A DNA stretch of 27,884 nt, from contig JAQGDQ010001727.1 of NCBI GenBank assembly GCA_030141605.1, positions 1-27,884 of the forward strand, given 5' to 3'. Shown here piece by piece: positions 19,976-27,884 of the stretch. Numbering within the stretch: the first letter of the stretch is position 1; each line of letters starts with the position of its first letter. A program made the translations under genes and the position numbers. Below the pieces are notes generated by a model that made no database searches, had not been told where the DNA came from, and worked only from the letters and a program-made list of their open reading frames with translations. The DNA comes from Tubiluchus corallicola. Lineage: Eukaryota; Animalia; Priapulida.

Positions 19976-22900
19976 CTGCAGAATCATTCAGCTCTTGGTG
20001 CGACAGCTTCAAGAAGCGTGACCGTGCGCCACAGTAACAAGTATCAGAATGGGTTGAAGTCTCAGAGGGTGCAGGCGACTCGCACTTTTTGTCGACAGTC
20101 TCTCCAAAAGGAACAAACTGACACTGTGCTTGTGGAAGCATTGGGGTTGTATTACGAAACAGTCCCTCTGAGTCCTCTACCCTCATGAATATTGCACTAC
20201 CTGATGAATGAGGAGATCCAGACACAGGAGGCTGGTATGATTCAGTTTCATATGTATGTGTCAGGACACGTCGACGGGTGATGACCTTTGTTACATTTCC
20301 CATTTCGTCGACCGATTCAGTTTCGTCGACATCATCTCCTGGTGCTATATCCAGATGAGGTGGAGACTTCTCCACAAGTTCCCTATCCGCGACTGGTGCA
20401 GTGTACGTGTATTCTTGCACTTGAGGATCGGTTGATGTCTTAGTAGTTATTTTACGCACAATCTTTCGTTCTCCCGCTGCTTCGCCAGTCTGTGAATCAT
20501 GAATCGTGTAAATGGTTGTCATGATTGTTTCACTGTCGCCATCGTCGGTTTGTCTAGTAGTTGTACTGTATTCCACGTTACCTTCACTGTCTAAAGTCTC
20601 AAGATTATTTCCTTCATAATCAACACCTGATTCTTCTTGTGATGGAACATAAGTACTTTGTTCTAATGTATCAGTGCTAGAAATCATGCTGCTTGAGATT
20701 AAACTGGAAACAAGTGTTGAACTACCAGTAGAGAGGGCCATACTTTGAATTTGTGATGCATCTCTACAGACTCCTGAATCTTGCATGCTGGCATCTTCTT
20801 TCTCAAATTCCTCCACATTTGCAGATGCCTGTCGAACAATTTCTTCAATATCTTCCATGGGCTGGTCACTTTGCGAGCTGCTGGAATCCTCAGGCCTGCA
20901 CGATTCTAGTGGTTTACCTTCTATAATTGTTATCATCCTGTCACTATCAAACTCCTCCTGGCATTCCTTTTCTAGTCTCTCAAACTCAGTCAGCGAGTTA
21001 GCAGATCCAGAGTCACTTTCATTTTTCTTGAGGTCTGAAAGAAAGGTTTTCTTACCATTGTCATCAAGTGATATGGGAGAAGTGCTGCTGTCACCGCTCT
21101 TACGATGCCCAACTTCTTCCAACATTATCTGGGCCTCTAATTTTTCAAATTCCTCTAGTGATGCTTCAGACCGATGAACTTCATCAAATTTGCTAAAAAA
21201 TTTTGACTGCTTGTCTAATAATGGCGTGCCCCCAAGTGGAGTTCCACCTAGACTAGAACCAGAACTGTGAGAGGACTCTGCTTTGGCTTCTAATTCTACA
21301 TCTTTACCCGTATCCATTGGCACTTCAGCAGGTTTGTCTACTTTATCACTATCTTTTCGAACTGAAACATCAGATTTATCAATAATTTCATAAGTGTCTT
21401 CATCTTCGTCATCACGTTCTAAGCTGTCTTGTTCTGCAAAGTCATCAACCAATGCTGCACATGGCTCATCAGCATGTTCAGCTGCCACTTCAAGAACTTG
21501 TGTGGGACCTATAACTGCTATGGTTGGTTGTTCGTCAGTTACATCTACTGATTCTCGTTCTATAGAATCTTGAGCAACAATGTTTTCTATCAAGTCACCT
21601 GATTCACGTTCAGGAATGTCACCTGCTTGATCTTTAAAGAGATCCTCATCCAGCGAATCCTGCATAATGGCAGGTGATTCTTCTCCAGTTGTTAATGCCG
21701 TTTTATGTTCTTCTTCTATTGAATCACCCCCAGGTGGTAAATCTTGCTGCTGAATGCCACTATCCTGTAGCTCTGTACTTAGAATTTGTTCATCTAGTGA
21801 ATCTTGCATAACACAAGGTTCTGAAAATTGTTTGAATTTGTCTTCATCTAAAGAGTCTTCCATTTTGTCTGTTATGGCAACATCTACCTCGGCATCATGC
21901 GAAATTGCTCTTTCTTCAAGAGAATCACTGTACTGAAGGCGAACAGAAGATGTACCTTCTGCAGCTTCCTCGGGAGATGTTCGCACTAAGTCAACTTCAT
22001 CTTTTTGTTCTGCAAGATCAGCTGTTGTTTTTGAGCCGTACATGCCGAATTGTTCAAAAGCTTCAGGATCCAATGACATCTCCATAGGATCATCTATTTT
22101 ATGTGGAACTAATTCATAATCATCTGATCCAGGCGAATATTCCATTTTTTCAGCTTGAGCAAATTCAGTCTCAAGCTTTACCTCAGATTCTATATCTTTA
22201 ATACCAGAATCAGTCCGGTCATTTCCATGCTCAAGTGCATCCTCAGTAGGCTCTGGTGATTCTGGCCTCTCAACTATATCAGAAACCCGACTAGAATCGC
22301 TTTGAACTGAAAGTTGCCTTAATTCAAACTCATCTTCAGAAGTCTGAACACTTAAATGAGATTCAGGGCGAGATTCTGCTTCCGATTCTGGTCTAGAAAA
22401 TCCTTCAAATGTTTGCCTTTCAAAGTAGAGAGCTCCACCACCAGTTGTTTCACATTCTGGCTTATCTCCACTGCCTTGCCTCGTTGTTGATTCTCTTTGT
22501 GTTATTAATTTTTCTTCAAAGCTGACAGTCCGAACAACAACTGAGTCACTGTATGTCTCACCAGTAGCATCCAATTCAAGTTCAGCTCTAAAATCTTCTT
22601 GTTCATGTTCCTCAGCTCCTTCTTCGTCACCTTCATCAATCCTGGCACTTACATCTAGATCTTCTTCAGCTATTGCAATTTTAGTGTCTTCTTCGGGACT
22701 GGACATAACAACAGGCGCAGGTACGTAGCTGCGTTCATCCTCTGGTTGTTCAGATGTTACTTCCTCATCGAATGGAGAATAAACAACAACTTCAGGTGGC
22801 GATGTATCATCTACAGTAATCCCAGGTCCAGCTTCTGGTACTTGAGCATCTTCTGAAGAAATACTAATATCAGCATGCACTGAGACAGTCTGTGTTCCTA

Positions 22901-25900
22901 ATGGTGGCAAATCTATTTCAACTGGGCCATTATGTGATTTTTCATCAGTAATAGTTATGGGAATGGATGCAACATCAGCACTGTCAAGATTGGCATCATC
23001 TTCTGGAAGACTTGAAGTGCTTTCAGGTACGTCAAAAGGCATATCACTTATTTCCGAAGGTGAAACAAGCTCAAACTCCTCCATCCCAGCATCCTGCTTG
23101 GGAACTTCTACTTCAGTTACATCTTCTTCAGTCTCATCAATACCATCTTGAATTGAACCGTGAGCACTAGGCATGTAAGTCTGTGAGTATGAAAGTTGGT
23201 CTGATTCTGCTTTTGTCCACGACTCAAAAGATTCCCTCATTTCTGACATGATGCTGCTGGCTGTAAAAGATGAATCCATTAAAGCAGGCTCAGTGGCATC
23301 AGATGGAGAAGTATCAAAAAATAGCAACTTTCCTTCCTCTTCTTCTGATGCAGTGGGAGTAGCTACTAGTTCGCCCTCGGACTCAGTTTCATATTGTGAT
23401 TTCTGAAGAGTTTCACTGTCGGCATCAGATGGTTGATAAGATTCAAAGGATAGGGTACTCTGCCTTGAGCTTTGACCGGATGTGTTTGAGCTTATGTGAG
23501 TACCAGGTGTATGATACGAATCCTCTGTTTTGACCGATTCCTGAGCTGTCTCGTAAGACGAAGCTCCCAATGGAGATGTGAACTGTGAGGAAGGTCCACT
23601 GTCAGCAGTTGTGTAGGCATCAAACGACGAATCCTTTCCACTTTCTGCTGTTTCATATTGAGTAGTTTCAGTGGATGCTTGGGAAAGTCCACTCGAATCT
23701 TGAGTGGAAGATTTCTCAAATGGATGGGCCAATCTTAGGTCAATACTGCTTAGATCCACATCACTTTTCTCTGCTGGGGCTAAGTCAAACATTAATTTAC
23801 CAGCATCAAACTGGTTTTCAGCAGCAAAATCAACTGGCATATCATATGGCTCTGTCACAAGACGAGTCTCAGTTTGATCATCTGTCTCACCAACTTCTGC
23901 AATATCATAGCCATCACCAACAACAGTACTCTCAGTAGTCTCATCAATTTCAATGTCTGCCATAGTTGTTTGTTCTTTCTCTATATCAACACATGATTGA
24001 GCATTTTGCTTTTCAACAAGATCAAGAGTTTCCTTCTCATAAGAAATTTCAGGAGAAATTTTGGTGTCAAAACCCTCTTCATAATCTTCAGAAATCTGTT
24101 CTACACATGGCTCAGCAGGACTAATGTCAGTGTCTTCAAACTTTTCAAGATCCTTCACTTGAATTAGGTAATCCTGATTAAGTTTAGCATCAGAATCTTC
24201 AAGTTCTTCAGCATCATGTATTTCTTCTGGATGATCGTCAATATGTCTGAAATCATCAGGTTGTTCATCTATCACAACTTCAACAGTGGTATCAGGTTTA
24301 AAGGTGTCTGCAAAATCTTCATCCATCTCAGGTGGGCGAGCTTCAAGTTCTTCATCAGAGATTGATGACGTTGATAAGACATGTTTTTCCTGGGGTGCTT
24401 GACCTGAAAATTGTCTTACCAAAGGTTTTTCTGTATCCTCACTGTACTGATATACTGCTTCATCTTCTGTAGTCAAACACACATCTTGATCAATATCCTC
24501 TGCAATTTCATCTGTAGTCTCCTCCATATAAGTATCTTTCTGATCCTGAACACCTACTTCCCACAAAACATGCTGTATTTGCTCTTGAATTTCATCATGT
24601 TCTTTTTTACTTGAAAAGCTGTCATTTTCTTCAGAAGTTTGAGTTCCTTCAAAATGTTTGTAATCATATTTCCCCTCTACTGATTCTGCAACAATTGCAG
24701 TACTTTCAAAGCATTCAGGAGTCTTTTCTAGTTTTTTATACAGTTCTTCATGTTCTTTTGAAGAAATTCCAATTATTTCAAATTGTTTGTAATCCTCTAC
24801 TTCTCTTTGCGAAGAAACAACTTGCTCTACTGACTCTTCTATTTTGCTAACTTCAACTTGTTCAAGACTATCTTCTTGCTTTGTAAGAAGTTCACCATGT
24901 TCTTCTGAAAAAATTGCTGTTGTTTTAAACTGTTTGTGATCTTCTACTTCTCTTTGTGACAAATCATCTTGTTCTACTGACGCACTTTCTATTCTGCTAT
25001 CATCAAACTGTTCAGAGGCTTCTTCATTTTGTAAAAATGCTGCTTGTTCTTGAGATGCTTCTAAATCAGCTTCACTACTTTGAGGAGGTTCTTCTTGTTC
25101 CCCCACTGGCTCTGCAACAAGTCTGCCAGCTTTAATTACTGCTTCACACGGTTCTTCTTGTCTTCTTGAATACTCAGCTTGTTCTCCACTTGGCTCTTCA
25201 GCAACTTCAGCTGCCTCGGTTAATTTTGATAGCGATTCATGCTCTCCTAGACGTTCGTCAGTATGATCGGTGTGATGTTCTTCTACAATTTCTAATCCAC
25301 TTTTTTGAATGTGAGTTTCTACTTCTTGCTCTTCTTGATCAAAAGATAAACTCGTGCTGCCTGTAGCAGCACCTTCAGACTCAAGTGACAGCTCTCTACG
25401 CTCTTCTGTGTAAAAGCCTGCAATATCTATAGGCGACTGCTTTGAAGGGTCGGGTTCAGCACAACTGGAAGCTCTCTCTTGGCTTTCTGAACCGAAGAAT
25501 TCCCTTGCTGTTTGTAGGTTCACTTGATCGCCTTCCACCAATTCTTGAAAAACTTCATCTGAAGGAGTTCGCTTTCTAGCTTCTTCTAGTGCTACAATAT
25601 CTTTTTGTTCTTTTTCCTTTAAGACTAAATCTTGTCTCTTTTCAAAGGCAGTTTGATCAAATTCAAGAGAAAACACTTCTTTCTTGTCTGCTACTTCACT
25701 TTCTTCTTTTAAATCAGTAGACGAAACTTCTGAGAACTTTTCCCATCTGTCCACCATTTGTTCGCTTTTTTGAGCCTCGTTCGAACCAATGATTCTGGCT
25801 GTTTTTGTACTACCTTCGACAGCAGATTCATCTATAGTAGTAGATCCTTCTCTTTCACTATCGGTTTTTGCAAAAGATTTTTCACTGTCAGGAGATATTG

Positions 25901-27205
25901 ATAACTGCCTTGATATTTTTTCAGATTCACCTAGAGTTTCTTCAGACTGATAACCATCTGTAAAGTTATCATCTCTTGGTTTAGACATTTCAACATTCAA
26001 GTCTGAAGGCACACTTTCATCAGGTATTACAGATGGTGGTGATGGTGTTTCGTCAGGTGGTTGTTTCACTGGTTCTTCAACCGATGTCGTATCTTGAAGT
26101 GCATCCTCAGTTAAAACTAGTCCATCTTTAGTTACATCAAGCTGCAACGGTCCTGCAGACTCTCGTGATAATAATAATTCCGATGCAACAGACTCCGTGG
26201 GTTCTTGCAATTCCTCATCCAAAACAGGAGATGTTGATGCAACAGATTCCGTGGGTTCTTGCAATTCCTTATCCAAAACAGGAGATGTTGATGCAACAGA
26301 TTCCGTGGGTTCTTGCAATTCCTTATCCAAAACAGGAGATGTTGATGCAACAGATTCCGTGGGTTCTTGCAATTCCTTATCCAAAACAGGAGATGTTGAT
26401 GCAACAGATTCCGTGGGTTCTTGCAATTCCTTATCCAAAACAGAAGATGTTGATGCAACATCTTGGCCTGCAAATTGTTCTGGAAGTTCACTACGTTCTT
26501 CAACTGTTCTAAACAAATCATCATCGAAGCTCTTCTTCAATTGGCCTTCAAGTGGCGAGGCAGCTATTGGCTCTTCTGAAAGTTCTTCTGAATCAGGATG
26601 CCCTTCTTGCAATGTTACTGTCGCATGGTCATCATATTCAGAAATAAGTGTTTGTGTTTCAAAGGTTTTTTTTGTCGTTTCTTCTAAATGTTTTACTTCC
26701 GGAGAAGTCGATTCGTACTTCTCCATCATTTCTGTAACAAAAATTCCAGTTTTAATGTGCCGTTCAACAGCATCTCCCGTATCAATAAGCTTCAACTCCG
26801 GGCTCTGTGTAAAATCAGGCTGAGTCACTTCTTCTTGGAATATTGAACTTCTAATTTGTTTGTCATATTCTTCCTGTTTTTCAAAACCGAGCTGGGACAC
26901 CTCTTGATGATCAATGACACCTGCGACTTGTTCCAAATTTTCTTCTTCCTCCTCTTGGGCTTCTTGTCTTGCTTGAATTTCCTGCAAGTCGTAGACATCT
27001 TGTTCAAGTTCCTCCGTTGCTATTTCTGAGTAGGATCTTTCAGTTCTTTGTCGGCCTTCAGCAACCTCATCTTCATCTTCAAGCCTCTTTCCATCTTCCA
27101 CAAATGCCATGTTATCGAAAGCATAACCCTCCAGTTCAAGATCTTGATCAAGTGAAAAATGTTCTTCTTTTTCTGTTTTGTTACCTTCATCAGCAAGCAA
27201 TGTAT
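19976..27205 (-). CDS. Giant (7230-nt) acidic low-complexity exon, probably of a giant ankyrin (Ank2/UNC-44-like)
   Basis: 2412-codon open frame rich in E/D/S/T/P. Acceptor gtactaacatattctag/AT at 27205 (phase 1); probable donor GCAG/gtacca at 19976 (phase 1). ESVDEMGNVTKVITRRRV resembles the ankyrin C-terminal obscurin-binding motif. ANK/ZU5/death domains are not in the window, so the identity is inferred; the coding call itself is near certain. Confidence 0.8.
26182..26460 (-). repeat. 54-bp coding tandem repeat, ~5.2 copies (VASTSPVLDKELQEPTES)
   Basis: Near-identical DNA units with a 54-nt period. Confidence 0.95.
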
Positions 27206-27214
27206 CTAGAATAT

Positions 27215-27368
27215 GTTAGTACAAGTATTAGTAAAGATATGAGGTTAATTTTAGATGTGTTAGTAAACACCTATGCAGTATGTTCAACTTACTCAGCATA
27301 AATTAGTAAAAAAAATGCATTTCAGAGAAAATTAGTAGGACAAGGGAAGTTAGTAACAAAGCGTTAGT
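27215..27368 (-). promoter_or_regulatory. Cluster of seven ACTAAY motifs upstream of the giant-exon acceptor
   Basis: Plus-strand RTTAGT at 27215, 27227, 27259, 27302, 27331, 27349 and 27363; matches the branch-point/STAR-family (QKI, HOW, SF1) motif. Confidence 0.7.
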
Positions 27369-27884
27369 TACATCCACAAATATGAACTCACGGCTAAAAT
27401 AATAGCCCTTTGAAACTAAACTAACTGAAGTTTTACTTTTGACAAACCTGCATGCAAATATTCATCATCATGCACACGATCACTTTCACTAGATGAGCTT
27501 TTGCGACGCTTTTCAAAGCCCGGTTCCTGCTGCTCCTCACCAACTTGTTCTTCATAAGTATCTTTAATGGCAAAACAATTGATATTATGCATAAACTTGT
27601 TTTTGCATGATGTAACAAACTATCATAGCATGTTTTAATGTTTCAGTTACCTAGTGCACCTGCATGACTTGTGTGAAAAGAAATGTTACGAAATTAAGAG
27701 TAAAAAATCACAATGGTGCTCATGCACATCATTCCAAAAAAAAAATGCATGTTAAGAATGTTAGCTGTGTCAAGGTACAAGTATATTACAATGTTATTTA
27801 CTATGTAATAGACTCCTATGTAACAAATAAATTTGTTAAATGCGGTAGTATGATGTAGCAACGAAGTGGTGTAATTTCGTGAAA

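Noticed and set aside
19958-27301. Many plus-strand and off-frame ORFs over the giant exon
   Set aside because: Shadow frames of a biased, repetitive coding sequence.

Overview
AT-rich eukaryotic (invertebrate-like) genomic DNA with spliceosomal introns; no prokaryotic features. Left half: a CYP2-clan cytochrome P450 locus built as a large quasi-palindrome. Two ~5.35-kb inverted arms (56-5407 and 6742-12091, ~99.5% identical by eye) each carry exons 2-5. Exon 1 exists only on the minus strand outside the right arm (13893-14268). The terminal heme-Cys exon 6 exists only on the plus strand in the 1.33-kb spacer (5978-6156). The six exons join in frame to a 508-aa P450, but neither strand encodes all of it within this window. 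Intron 2 holds a tRNA-derived SINE and a TIR-flanked 41-bp minisatellite that appears to be built from pieces of a P450 exon 5. Right half (minus strand): the 3' part of a probable giant-ankyrin-type gene, with a 7230-nt frame-symmetric acidic giant exon preceded by seven ACTAAY motifs, then four small phase-consistent exons ending at a stop at 16442. All alignments and counts were made by eye.
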